A stretch of 64,000 bases of DNA from Vicugna vicugna (lineage: Eukaryota): assembly GCA_013265495.1 (NCBI GenBank), contig MU058198.1, positions 7,703,779-7,767,778 of the forward strand. The letters run 5' to 3'. Positions within the stretch are counted from its first letter, which is position 1; each line of letters opens with the position of its first letter. The position numbers were made by a program, and so were the translations under genes. Below, one piece after another: positions 14,841 to 51,899 of this stretch. A model generated the notes under the pieces. The model searched no databases. It was not told the origin of the DNA and worked only from the letters and a program-made list of their open reading frames with translations.

Positions 14841-15269
14841 GTGTTAATTTCATGCCTGGCACTATTCTAGGCATTCTACATATATAAACACATGTAAACA
14901 CACAACCTCAAGTTTGATACATCCTCATTTTACCAATACGGAAATTCAAGTATTGAGCAGTTTAAGTAACTTGCCCCAGATAATAAGTGGCTGAGCAGGG
15001 GTTTGAACCAGGCAGTCTGGTTTTCCACAAATGAATCAAGAGCTAGAAGGAAATGGACTGGACCTCAGGGGAGGAATCCAGGTGCGCTTTGCATCTAAGG
15101 GTCTTTTCCCATTTGTTTCCCAGGGTCCCCATTTTATAGAGCAGAAGACAGAGGCCCAGAGAGACCAGATAACTCCGGGAGCCCTGTGGAGAGAGCTGTG
15201 GTATTTATTTGGGGGGTTCCTGGAGCAGGGTCATAGCCCAGGTGGGCTGGTGCCAGGGTTGCTAGTGCT

Positions 15270-15423
15270 TCGTTCCGAACTACAACTCCCAGGAGGCACC
15301 GGGCTCCTATAGCCCACGCGACGTCACGGCAGCCTAGGGCGCAGGCGGCTCCGCTAGCCCGGACGGTAGTCTGTTGGGCCGTTCCGCTCGGACCCCGGCC
15401 CTGGCTCTGGCCCCGCGGTAAGT
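15270..15423 (+). promoter_or_regulatory. BCKDK CpG-island promoter and non-coding exon 1
   Basis: ACTACAACTCCCAGGAGGCA at 15279-15298; CRE-like cgacgtca at 15319-15326; splice donor GCG|gtaagt at 15417/15418. Confidence 0.75.
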
Positions 15424-16004
15424 GGAGCGACCCGCGCAGATCTTCCCGCAGAGGCTTCGCAGCTCGCGCCCGCAGCCTCTGCCCTTGCGGCCCTTGCGCT
15501 GGATCGCTGGAGCGCGCGTGGACCGGGTGTGGGGGTGGGGGGGACTGGCATCTACCATATGGAGGGGACCTGGGCAGAACCAAGTGACCCCGCGGAGGAG
15601 GGAACCCAAGACAGGGACTCCCAAGCCCCTGCTTTCACGCAGCCGACTTCGGGTGCACAACTGTGTGATGCACATACGCAGGCCAGGCTCCAGCCCGGGT
15701 CTGAAGGCGCCGGATTAGGGGTCAGCCCCGCCCCCTGAACGAGGGTTGCTTGGGACCAGAGGGAGCAGGGGCGAGGTTTTTAGGCTGGTTGGTTCCAAGG
15801 ATCCCCGACCTCCAGACTACCGGATAGAGCTTCAGGTTGAAGAATAAAAGCTCTGGAAAGCAAGGTTGTCCAGGCTTGGCCTGTGTTTGGGGACGTGGTT
15901 GAAGGGGTGGGCAGAGATTGTCCAGGTCTAAGGATACCAGTGCCCACATGGAGAGATCGTGCAAATTCAGACCCTCACAATTCCTCCTTACCCCACCCTG
16001 GTAG

Positions 16005-16064
16005 ATGGGAGCTGCTCCCTGGGGGCTGAGCTTGTCAGCATCCTCGACCGACCCGTGCCCCTGA
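16005..16064 (+). other. 19-codon upstream ORF in the BCKDK 5' UTR ([19 protein letters not shown])
   Basis: ATG is the first triplet after the exon 2 acceptor (ggtag|ATG); TGA at 16062-16064; main ATG at 16178. Confidence 0.75.
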
Positions 16065-16177
16065 AGTCAGAGAAGAGCCCCTGCCTCCCCGCACCCCTCT
16101 TGCCTCGTTTTGGGGTCGCCTTCATCTATCGGGTCTGCAGCCCGAGTGGCCGCCCAGTCCGACAAAGGAGCAGAAGA

Positions 16178-19252
<3,075 letters not shown>

Positions 19253-19538
19253 CCCCATAGCCCTTGGCCTGCTTGCTTGCCTGGGCTGGGTCATACATCC
19301 TGCCAGGACCTTCCAGGCCAGGCAGGGTACCACCCTGCTCCACACACTGCTGCACCTGGGGTCTCAGGGCCCCAAACAGATGGACTTACATGGAGCCAGG
19401 TACCACCCTCCTCAATGGGGTCCACTGCTTCCCTGCCTCCAGACCTCAGAGGGGAGGAAGTGGGAACCCTTGAGGTCTCCAGCACCAGCTCCATTATTCT
19501 TGTTCCTGGGGAACCCCCATCTTGACCTGCTGTTTGTT

Positions 19539-19699
19539 ATTAAAGTTCACATTTTGAATGCCCTCTTGGGCCCCACATGTGAGGAAGGCAGGTGAGCTTT
19601 TGTTTCTGCCCCCCATTCAGGTACCCTGGGCCCTTTGGGTTTAACAAGTTCATGTCCCAGTCTCTAACTGTCCTCAGAGCCTGTCAGACCAGGAATAAA
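19539..19699 (+). terminator. Candidate BCKDK poly(A) signals (ATTAAA 19539-19544; AATAAA 19694-19699)
   Basis: Hexamers 290-450 nt downstream of the stop codon. Confidence 0.6.
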
Positions 19700-21739
19700 A
19701 TTGGCCCCGAGTCTCTTGCACATTAGATTTGGTGGGAGTGGGGATGACTTGGGCAGGTTGTGCAAAGACCTTTTATTCATTTCATTTACCAAGTGTTTCT
19801 GGATCCTGGACAATATTGAAGGGCCCAGGTTGGCCCAGCTTCAGGTCGCACTTCTGACACTTCCCTTCCTGGTAGTCACAGTTTGTGGAGGTGAAGGTCA
19901 GCAGACTGAGCAACTTTCTGAGCCACCTGATTCCTGAAGCTGAGTAAGGTTAAAAAGTGCTGCCTGCCAGCTGTGCCTGCTACTGCCAAGGAAAGAAACA
20001 CACAAGATTGCGCCCTGGCAGGGAGGCCAAAAGGAAAGGGCTCCAGAGAGCAGGTGGTGAAGTAACCCCCCTGCCCACCTTGCTAGGGAAGGAGAAGGCC
20101 TGAGGACCTGCTTGGTAGGACTGGTGATGGAGGTGGAGGATTCAGGGGAGACCGGGATTATATCTGGAGGTCAAACTCCAGGTGGTGGGAGACTGTTGTG
20201 ACTTGCCGGGCTGAAAATCTGGCTGGCTGCAGCACAGAGGCTGGAGAGGTAGGCAGCAGCAAGGCTGAAAGGCCTTAAATGCACAGCCAAGAAGCATGGG
20301 TTTTATCATGGAGGCATCAGGGATCATGGAAGGGTTTTAAGCTAGGAAGGGAGGTTTCAGGTTGGAGTCCCTAGAAGCTGCCCTTAAGCAGAGGATTTGT
20401 GTCCAGGTGATTTGTTGAGAAAGTGCTCCCAGAAGGGAGTAGGGGAAGCAAGAAAGGGAAGGACAAGAGGCCTGGCGAGAGAGCTAAGCTCCATAGTCAC
20501 TGATGAACTCCTCCACTTGACAATCATTGGCTTAATGTCTGTGTTTGAGTGGGGCTGGGGAGGTACTGAAAACCTCCGGGCTGAGAACTTCTGTTTCCAG
20601 CTCTTTTGAGGCAAAACAGGTCTATTAGCCACAGGGGCACTTCACCAAATAAGTCTCTGGTGCTGGCTTCTTAAAGCACATCGAAGGTTATATGAACACA
20701 AAGAAGCAACAACAAAAGATTTTGGGGAATCTGGGTGAATCATCATAGTTCTAGGGGTGGGTGGAGAGTGAGAGAAGGTAGAATTTTAGTTTTTAATTTT
20801 TTCTTGCCTGACTTCTGTTTATTTTTTGTTTCCTATGCTGCCAGACAACTGGCATTTATTGTCCCCTCCCAACTCCTTTATTCCCCAAAGCCAAGTTACC
20901 AGCACTGCCATTTTCCACAAATACTTAACTTAGGTATTTCCTCATCTGTAGCCTCATCCTTAGGTCTCGAGCATTCCACCCCTCTTAGAATTGTTTCCAA
21001 GCCCAATAACCAAATTACAAGTCAAAGACGACTCAGAGTGGCTAAAAGGAATGTTTATTGACACCTCCCCTGTCTGGCATTGTGCAATACACTTGTTTTA
21101 TAGGAATAAAAGATAGATACATATATGGTTTCACCTTTATATAGTTATATGGCATATACAGTTTAACCTTTAACGATGCTCTGGGAATGGACACACTTGT
21201 ATAACCAGGGATTCCTCATTCACTAAGCCTAAGACGCTCTCTGTTATATCCACTGCCTTAGGCTGTTTTCTGTTCAGGGGACATCTGGTTTGGAGAGTCT
21301 GATCCTTTCTTTAGAAAGGCTTGATTCTGTGAGAGTGATTTATTGGCTATCCCAGTACACACTCAGTCCTGATTCCCACACCCCAAATGTCTCCTTTTCC
21401 CCCCTGAACAAGGAGGGCAGTTTCTTCAGTCTTCAAAAACGGGGTGACTTGTATTTGGCTGGAGGAAATGGTCAGCACAGGGTGGGTGTTGATTCCAGGC
21501 TCACCGCCCTAATACTAGGCTTCCAGGGGTGCTGCTTTGGCTCCGCCTCGGTAAAACAGGGGCAGCGCCTCCTGATAACTGGCACACCTTGGCTTCCTCA
21601 GGCACAAAGGTCTTAAAAAGATCGAGCTGAGGCATCACATCAAGAAAGCCTTTCTCCTGTTTTCAACTCTAGGGTGCAGCCGTAATTCAAAACGGAAAAC
21701 GAGCAACTTCAGGACAACTGGCACAGTCAACGTCTTCTG

Positions 21740-30986
<9,247 letters not shown>

Positions 30987-31071
30987 GCGGCCTGTGCCCC
31001 CGCTGCTGGACCTGTGCCTCCTTGCCCCTTAGCCTGTAAATATGTACAGACCGGTTTCATCATTTTTTTTT

Positions 31072-31077
31072 AATAAA
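31072..31077 (+). terminator. KAT8 poly(A) signal AATAAA
   Basis: 85 nt after the stop codon, with upstream TGTA motifs and a U-rich run, and GT-rich sequence downstream. Confidence 0.85.
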
Positions 31078-31167
31078 GTAAGTTCTGCTGGTGGCTGTGG
31101 ACTTTGGAGGTAGGAGGGAGAGGCCTGGAACCGATGTCCTTCATTTCATGTCAACACACATAGCTGT

Positions 31168-31173
31168 TTTATT
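31168..31173 (-). terminator. PRSS8 poly(A) signal AATAAA
   Basis: tttatt on the + strand, about 620 nt past the PRSS8 stop codon. Confidence 0.8.
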
Positions 31174-31791
31174 CTCAGAACATTTTACTCCTTCCTGCTT
31201 CATCTAGCCCCCAACCTCAGATGCGAGTCAGAGCCCAGTTCCGGCGGGGGCTCAGTCCTCCGGAGTCAAGGAGTTAGGGCTCAAGGGGGGCAGGGCAGCC
31301 AATGGGGCAAGACTAGGGCCTTTTCTGTCCTTGAAAACATGCTGCCCGGAGGCAGCCCCAGCCCAGAAGGCAGTATGAGGGTGCAGTGATGGGGCTGATC
31401 AGGCAGAACAGGACATGCTGGAGCCAGCCCTTCAGCAGCAGTCACCTGGGCAGTCTTCTAGAAACAGGTGGGCAGCCAGGGCCTGTTTTCATAGCTTAGG
31501 GTCCTTGGGGCTCCATAGGAGCCCAACCAGTAGGCTTGTGGACAGATGGAGGTGGCCAGAGGTCCTCGCCAGTACCACAGGCAGGAAACTCCTGTGGTGG
31601 AGGTTATAGTCCCAAAGAACAACTCAGAAGAGTGGGTCAGAGGTCAGGGTGGTGCTCTGAGCTGCCACAGGGTCCTGGGAGGAAGGAGCGGCCCATCAGG
31701 TCCCAGGGCCAGGGCCATCCTGGGGCCAGGCGTTTGTCCTCAGGTGTGATGTGGAGGTCCCAGAAGCAGCTCGGCTCCCAGAGTGAGTAGC

Positions 31792-35088
<3,297 letters not shown>

Positions 35089-35996
35089 GGCCCAGGGACC
35101 AGGGGCCCTGGGAAGGGACCAGGCACCCAAGGGAAGGGACCTAGGGTGGGGTTGGAAGGGAAGATCCAGGTGTCGGGACCAGAGGGAAGAGGGAGCAGGC
35201 GTCAAAGGCTGGCTTCGGACGCAGGAACGGGACACCAAGGGAAACGCTGGGGTCTCCGCCGCCGGCAGTGAGGACACGTCTCCAGCACGTCCTGGGTCTG
35301 CAGTACACCTTCCGGAGTGGCAGCTCCCTTGGAAAGGGCACCTACCTGCCCGCCCCTCCCCTGGCCCCGCCCTCCTCGCTCAGCTTGGCTGGCTTCTTTT
35401 GCCGCCACTGAAGTCCTGAGTCCTTCCAGACACCTCGACTGTGTGTGCTGGTGTGCGTCTGCGTGTGTTGGGGTTTGAGCAGCCTCAGGCAGGGCTGGAA
35501 ACTCTGATGGCTGGACTCCCAACCCAACTGCTTTTGGGTCCTGTCTTTCTGGTCTCCCGGACCAGTTATGCCCCCCAGCGCCTGGCCCAGACTTTGTTAT
35601 TGTGGGGCCACAGCTGCTCCTCCCTCCTTCCCTCCGGAGGCCTGGCATTTGAGCCCAGGACACCTGGGTCTACCTCCGGGCTAGGGCCCTTTTAGGCCCT
35701 TCTGTAGAGCCTGCAGCCTCATCTGCATGTGGTGAAGTGTGAGAATGTTTGGCAGTGCTAATCATTCCACAAATATTTACTGAGCACCTAGTATGTTCTG
35801 GGGCAGAGGAGACCGAGCAGACACCCTCCTTGCCTTTCCTGAGCTCATAGTGAAGTAGGGGTGACGGACTTGAATCATCTAATCACATCAGCAATTACAG
35901 AATAATTTCAAGCTGGGAACTGTGGTGGAGGAAGAATGGGGGCTCTAGAAGCCACTTACAAGAGCTTGACCTCGGCTGGCATCAAGAAGGTCTCCT

Positions 35997-36097
35997 GGGG
36001 TAGACGGTTAGCTATAATAGCTCAGTAGTAGAGTGGGTGCTTAGCATGCACGAAGTCTTGGGTTCAATTTCCAGTACCTCCATTAAAAAAAAAAAAA
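35997..36097 (+). mobile_element. tRNA-derived short SINE
   Basis: tagctcagtagtagagt A box, gggttcaatttcc B box, poly-A tail. Confidence 0.8.
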
Positions 36098-37531
36098 GGG
36101 CTCCTCAAGGAGGTGCATTTAGAATAAGGCAAAGATGGGTAAGGGTGGTCCAGGTGAATTGCCCTCAGGTGGAGGATGCAGGTGGCACGGGTTCAGGGAA
36201 AGGAGGCCCATGTGCCTGGGTTGGGGGTCAAGTGCATCCTCTGTGAGTGTATGAATCTGGGGCAATTGAGAATGCATGTTGGCTTCAAGCTTTAGAAAAA
36301 GAGCCCCACTTCCCTACCTACCTTCCATAAGACTAGGTGTGTGGCCTTCTAAGCCAGGACTTCAGAGCCTGGGCTGGAGGGCAGGGAATTCCTGGAGTGG
36401 GAAAGGGGACAAGGCTGATTCTGGAAGGGGTCTAAGCTGGGGAGCAGGGGGAAAGACCCTGGACATTGTGAGAGGACTTGTGTAGATGATGGGGTATATT
36501 AAATGTCTGTGGTATATGAATGACTGACCAGGGATGGGGAGCAGGTTAGGGGTGTGTGTCCCTGTGGTGAGAGATACAGGGGAATTCTCTTTGGAATCTG
36601 GCAGCTAAAGATAAGCCTGGTCATTTAAGAACCTCTGTCCTTCTCACTCTCCCAAGAACTTCCAGCTTCCCTGAAGTCTCTCCTCCCCAACCTTCTGCCT
36701 ACTCAACCCGGAAATGGTGACTCCAGCCCCAGAGGAGACCCCTCTGCCACCCTCACCAGCTGGTTTCCACCCCACACGCCCCTCCTGCCCCAGATGGGTC
36801 CCCACTACCCTTATTCTATGCTCAGATATCACCTCCTCTATGACTTTTTCCTGACCACCAGCCAGGGGTGCCCACGTGTTCCTTACTATATTGGGAACAT
36901 TTTGCAGGCTTGTGAAAGCCCCTGCTGTGCCATGACTTAGCAGTTAACAGGGAATGTGGTTGAATTAATGCAGGGAGGTGCTCTAGTAAGTGGTGGTGAG
37001 TGAGGTAGTAGCAGATACATACAAGGGACTTTTGATGGGGCCCAAACCCTGGGGGCACTGGGCAGGATGTGGTGGACACTTAAAGGGTACAAATGTCGTG
37101 TGTGTACTGGACACTGGAGGTATACACTTTAGAGCACCATCTATAGGGTATGTAAATGGCAGTGGCTCCCTGTGGGTATAGGATACAGTAGACAGACGCT
37201 AGGCCCCCAGACTCCTGGACCCTTCCTCTGACCTTGACCCTCAGTCTTCCTTGCTCTAGGGGGAGGGGCAGCAGGGCCGAGGTGACCAGCAGGTGCTGGG
37301 GATGCTGATTCCACTGAGGAGGGGGTGACACAGAACCAGCTGTCTGCCCAACCTCCCCCGCCCTGGGGCAGGAATGAGGGACAGCTGCCACGTTATCAGG
37401 GACAAATTTCCTGGGAGCCCAAGGCCTGACTCACGGAGGCCCAGGAGGGAGGGGCCGATCCCTGGGGCTTTCCCCTGGCCCCTCAGCCTGCCCCCAGCGA
37501 TGCCACAAGGCCACATGTCTGTGTTTACACC

Positions 37532-37537
37532 TTTATT
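37532..37537 (-). terminator. PRSS36 poly(A) signal AATAAA
   Basis: tttatt on the + strand, about 240 nt past the stop codon. Confidence 0.75.
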
Positions 37538-37778
37538 GTCTGCTGCCTCCCACTGCCAAGGATGCCAGGGCCCAAAATAGCTGGGCTCTGAGGCCTGATT
37601 ACCAGAGCCACTGCAGTCTAGGTGGGTGGGGCGCCTTGGAGGTTCCGGGTAAGAGAACAGAGCCAGTTGGGCCACATTCCAGCCCCACTGGGCGGGAAGT
37701 GGTGGAAAGCTGGAGGAGGTAGGGGAAGAGAGGGGAAGGTGATGACGAAGGTAAGGTGGCCCAGGGACCCAGGCCCCC

Positions 37779-46807
<9,029 letters not shown>

Positions 46808-47554
46808 GGCGCATTTGAGTCAGCTGGAGGCACAGAAATGGGTGAAGATCTGCTCCTTGCCACAGCTCTGTCACTGCCTAGGCAGCCCGGGACTCCTGAT
46901 GGTCTGAGGAACAGCCCCACCCACCCTGGCTGAAGCCCATCTCTGGGAATCTGAGTGGATCTGGGGCTGGAAGGAGGAAGTAGGGAGCCAAATGCCCCAC
47001 CTAGAGCCCTGTGGGCATCTCACATCTCTAGAGACCCAGGGTGGGGGCAGGAGGCAGATGTCCCAGCTCCTGGACACCTATTGGGTGGGGGAGTTGAGTG
47101 GAAAACCCACAAAGGTGGAGGGAGAGAACAGCCAGGGGCTGGGAGGCCGATGTTCTGGGTCCTTGTTGAAGCGGAGCTGCCAGTCAGCAGTGGCCCTTGG
47201 GACAGGGAAGGTGGTCCCTCAGTGGCGTGACTCACCTGAGACTTCATCTCTGTTTGGGGTGTGTCTACCTCAATGGCTTGGCCTTTTCTTCTCACACAGC
47301 TCTGGTTACTGGAGTTGCTGGCCAGGTCTGGGACGGGAGCCCTAGGGAATTCAATCCCATCCCAACAAAAGGATCAGAGATTCCGGCAAGTTGGGCAGGG
47401 CATAGGATTCTTGGAGGAGGATGGGCAGGCTGGTAGCCGAAAAAGACTCCGCCCTGTCTCCGCCCTTCTTTGTGTTAGAGTAAGTAGCCTCGGGTGTTCT
47501 GCTACCTACTCTTTGTATGACCTTAGGAAAGTCACTCAACCCCTCTGCATATAT

Positions 47555-48062
47555 GATAGGAGTCTACTTAAGAAATATGGTGCTTCAAAGAGGAGTTGAG
47601 GAGAGTTTAATGAAGAAACTATTTACACAGGTGTAGTCAGGAACAAGGGAAACCAACAGGGATGGTGAAGCACCTGGGGGCTAGCAATAATTTGAAGGGG
47701 CAAGGAGAGGGAGCAGATACTGGAACTGGGAAAGGCTGTAGGAGAAGGCCAGCCAATAGGAGTGCCTTCAGTGGAGGAATGCAACCTTCATCAACCTGTG
47801 GCTCAGCAGGGAGGGAGCTGGGAAAGAAAAGACCCTATCTCATCACCCTTCTTCTAGCCTCTGATCACCTGCCAGCTCTTCCCATCATCTGAAAACTACC
47901 AGAAGTCAAAAACAAAAACAAAAACAAACAAACAAAACTACCAGAATTCAGAGTGCAAGGAGACCCATGATGTGGCTCATAAAGGTCACCCTCTGTGAGA
48001 ACAGATCAGGATGGAGAAAGGTGGGGAGTGGAAGTGGAGAGTCAGAGAAAAACTATCCACAC
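47555..48062. mobile_element. Old ERVL LTR (LTR16-like)
   Basis: Recalled consensus-like text (gaggagagtttaatgaagaaactatttacacaggtg...gggatggtgaagcacc); boundaries approximate. Confidence 0.5.
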
Positions 48063-48345
48063 ACATATATCTATTTTCTTATCAATAATATGAGCTAATA
48101 ATAACAACAAAAATAATAATACTCTGTTAGCCCAGTTTCCCTAGAAAAGAGAAGCTTAGGCAAAGCCTACATGCTTTTGCCTTTTTTTGGGGGGAGGTAC
48201 AATCCCAGGTCACCAAGAACAGGGGAAAAAAGTGATTAGGGAGGGAGGAAATGGAAACACGGGGACCCAACAATTGACTAGATTCAACTGATAATCTTGC
48301 TAACCTTAGCTAGTCTGTGACGGACAATGAAAGTCAGCATGGTGA

Positions 48346-48807
48346 TGTGAAAATTTATAAAGGGAAACCTCACTGAAATGGAGTTGGGAGACCAGCAGGG
48401 GGAGCTCTCATACACATACCACTTGATGGCAGTACGGATCCCAACAGGAAGACACAGAACTTTGCATCTCAAGCAGGATGTGACACTACTTTCCTACCCC
48501 TAGCAGGAGGAAGAAAGATTTCCTCCCTGCCTGGCAACAGCTCAGCCAATGAGAGACTGTCACAACTCAGCCAATGACAAGCCACTATACTTTGAACTCC
48601 CAGTTTTTTCCAATGAACTTTTTGTTTATAACAGCCCTCTCAACTTCCCCCTCTCCTCTGTAAAAGAGTCAACTCTCCTTTGCTTTAAGTGGCTTGCATG
48701 TAGTTTGCCGCCATATTTGCATGTTCTGAATTGCAATTCTTTGTTGCTTGTGAATAAATCCATTTTGCTGGTGAAATGACTGGCTGTTGTATTGTTTTAG
48801 GTTAACA
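48346..48807 (+). mobile_element. Solo ERV LTR
   Basis: TG...CA ends, duplicated ctcagccaatga CCAAT boxes, TATA-like tttataa, AATAAA near 48753. Confidence 0.6.
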
Positions 48808-49031
48808 GGGGCAACAATTTCAGACATGTTTACACAATCCTGGGGTTTCTAAGCCTTCTCAGGCACTTATTTGTAGGCATTTGCCCCTCCAAAGATAAAA
48901 CCCCGTCATTTATTCAACACTCAGAAAAATGAGGCAATGGGCAAAAAAGGTCAGAAAGAAGATGTGGAGAGTGGTTAATGCAAAGTATGCATACCATGAA
49001 GGTCCTCACCTACGAACTGCTTCCTCCAATT

Positions 49032-49490
49032 CAGCAGTTCTCAGACGTTTGGGTCTCAGGACCTCCTTACGCTGTTAAAAATTATTGAGAAATCTGAAGA
49101 GTTTTTGCTTATGTGTGTTATATCTATCAACATTTACTGCATTTGAAGTTAAAACTGAGAAATACTAATTATTAACTCATTAAAAATCCATTATACGTTA
49201 ATGTAAAATAACATATTTTTATGAAAAGTATTTTCCAAAACAAACCAAAAAAATAATGAGTGGCATTATTTTACATTTTTGCAAACCTCTTTAGTGTCTT
49301 GATGAATAGAATACAGCTGGATTCTCATATCTGCTTCTGCATCCAGCCTATTGGGATATCATGTATCAAGGATCCTTTGGAAACCTACATTGTACACTTG
49401 GCATCATGAAAATAGTTTTGGCCTTAGGCACCCCTTGAAAGAGTCTTGGGACCCCGCTGGGGGTTCCCAGACCATATTTGAGAACTGGTT
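49032..49490. mobile_element. hAT-Charlie-type DNA transposon fossil
   Basis: Terminal inverted repeats cagcagttctcaga... and ...tttgagaactggtt. Confidence 0.65.
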
Positions 49491-49549
49491 AAGAAGTACT
49501 AAGGAAAAGACAAGACAATTCAAAATTTTTTAAATGGCAAAATATTTTA

Positions 49550-50035
49550 TTTCAGTTATCTACTGCTGTGAAATAAACCAGCCCCAAACCTAAAGACTTA
49601 GAACCCATTTTGTTATCTCTCTTGGTCATGTGGGGTGACTGGGCTCCACTGGGTGGTTCTTCTGCTGGTCCTGCTTGGGGTCCCTCATGTGTTTGTAGTT
49701 AGATACAGATGGGGCTGGAAACATCTGGATGTTCACTTGGGATGGCTGGGCTTCTTGCTTTGCTATGCAATGTCAAGTTCTCTCCTCTGATATAGTCATG
49801 GTCTCTCCAGCAGGGTAGATGGACTTCTTACTGGTGCCTTAGAAGTCCCTAGAGCTCTAAAGCAGAAGCTGCCATGGCTCTTAGGGCTTAGGCCTGGAAA
49901 TGGCACAGCTCCACCTGCGACATTCTGTTGGTTGAAGTGACACAGCTTAGCCCAGATTTCAGCAAGAAGGGGACTACAAAGGTCACAAAGGCTCGAAGGC
50001 TTGGTTCCTTGAGGGAGTCGGCTTTGGAGCTGATC
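49550..50035 (-). mobile_element. MLT1-type MaLR LTR
   Basis: ttcagttatctactgctgtgaaataaacc...acattctgttggttgaag, typical reversed MLT1 text. Confidence 0.6.
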
Positions 50036-50059
50036 TACCTCAGGCTTTAACAAGTACTA

Positions 50060-51100
50060 AAAAAAAAAAAGCATATCCAATTGCCAGTATGCATATGAAA
50101 AGTTGCACAAGATCACCTGAGGGGAAATGAAAATATAAACCACCAAGAGATGCCACCAAACACCCAGCAGAAGGGCTAAAATTTAAAAAGCTGTTCAACA
50201 CCAAATATTGCTGAGGATGCAGAGCAAGCGAAATGCTCGTACATTGCTGTAGGGTGGGGAGGGTGGGTAGAAAGTTCTTTGGCATTATTCATTAAAGCTG
50301 AACATATACCTGTATTATGACCCAACAACCATACTCCTGTGGTTAGACACAAGAGAAGTGAGTGCACCAAGAGACGTGAGCAAAGAAGAGTGTCTGTAGA
50401 AGCTTTATTCATAAGAGCCAAACCCAGAAACAATACAAATGCCCAGTAACAGGAAAACTGATAAAATTGTGGTATATTCATACAATGGAATATTATGCAG
50501 CAATAAAAAGAATGAGTTACTGATATGGGCATCAACATAGATGACTCCAACAGAACTTATGTTCAAGGAATGTAAGTATCATACTGTATGATTCTAATTT
50601 TATAAAATTTAAGAACAAACAAAACTAATCAAGGGCCTATTATATAGCACAAGGAACTATATTCAATACCTTGTAATAGCCTGTAATGAGAACAGTCTGA
50701 AAAAGAACATATGTATATATATTGAATATATGTATGTATGTGTATATATATACATAAAATTGAATCATTTTGCTGTACCCCTGAAACTAACACAACATTA
50801 TAAATCAACTATACTTCAATTTTAAAAAAGTGAAAAACTAATCAATGATTGTAGAAGTGAGAATAGTGTTTCCCTCTGGTGGAAGTTATTAACTGGGAAG
50901 AGCACAAAGGTATTATCTGGAGTGCAGGAAAGTTCTATAGCTTTGTTTTAAATTCTTTTTTTTTTTGGGAAAGTCCTGTAACTCGATCTAGGTGGTGGCT
51001 ACTCAGGTGATACAAATGCAGAACTTCACTGAGATGTAAGGTTAGCACACTTTGCACACTTTTACTGTATGGTTGTTACGCCTGAATAAAAAGAGAAAAA
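50060..51100 (+). mobile_element. Old L1M 3' region with a younger L1 3' end inserted at about 50640-50830
   Basis: Degenerate ORF2-end and 3' UTR text (ttgtggtatattcatacaatggaatattatgcagcaataaaaagaatga). Confidence 0.7.
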
Positions 51101-51719
51101 ACACATTTTCCAGTTAAACGGATTCCAGGGTCAGTTAAGGAAAAACAACAGAGACAGCTCCAAAAATTCTTTCCTAGACCACAAACTTTCATAAAAGGTA
51201 GAGCATTATATTAGATACACCAAAGGAGGCATGTTATGTAGTTTCTGAAAGTTTAACCAAAAGAATGAAGTCTTGTAGCAATTGGGGAAACAGTAAAAAC
51301 ATGCTTAAGCAAAATTGTTGGTATTACATTCCTGATAACAGAGATAATTTTTAAAAAATTTGGTAACAAGTTACTTTTTTTCTGAACTGGCTTTCTCAAT
51401 AAAAAGGCTGATTATCACTGACCTAGAAAAAAAGGACATTCTTGAGATAATCCTTAAAAAATACTGTTTCTCTCAGCCAAGCTTTTGAAGGATATTGAAC
51501 AGAGGGAGTAGAAGATAGTTCCAACAGGTTAAGGGCAGAGCCACACCCACTCCTCCTGAGCTAAGCCGGACAGTGCTGCATTTCCTTGTGAAAAGAGGAT
51601 GTGCAGAAACGAAAAGAATCTGGGGCGCCTGCTCTAATGCACACCAAAAGAGTGACATTACAGAGCAAGGCTCCAAACATTTTAGTTTGGGAAACTGTTA
51701 AAAGTATATATAACCCCTG

Positions 51720-51899
51720 GTAAGGTTGTCAGGTAAAATAGAGGACATTCAGTTAAATCTGAATTTCAGATAATCAGTGAATAATCTTTTATATGTAACT
51801 GTGTTCCATGCAATAGTGGGAAATCATTATTTGTGTTTATATGAAATTAAGATTTCATTGGGCAGCCTGCATTTTTATTTGCTAAATTTGGCAACCCTA
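51720..51899. mobile_element. MER53-like palindromic hAT MITE
   Basis: Inverted ends taaggttgtcaggt / atttggcaacccta. Confidence 0.65.

Noticed and set aside
35997..36097. tRNA-like sequences with A and B boxes (also at 10426, 41704, 42582, 54031)
   Set aside because: Poly-A tails, target-site duplications and divergence between copies mark them as SINEs, not tRNA genes.
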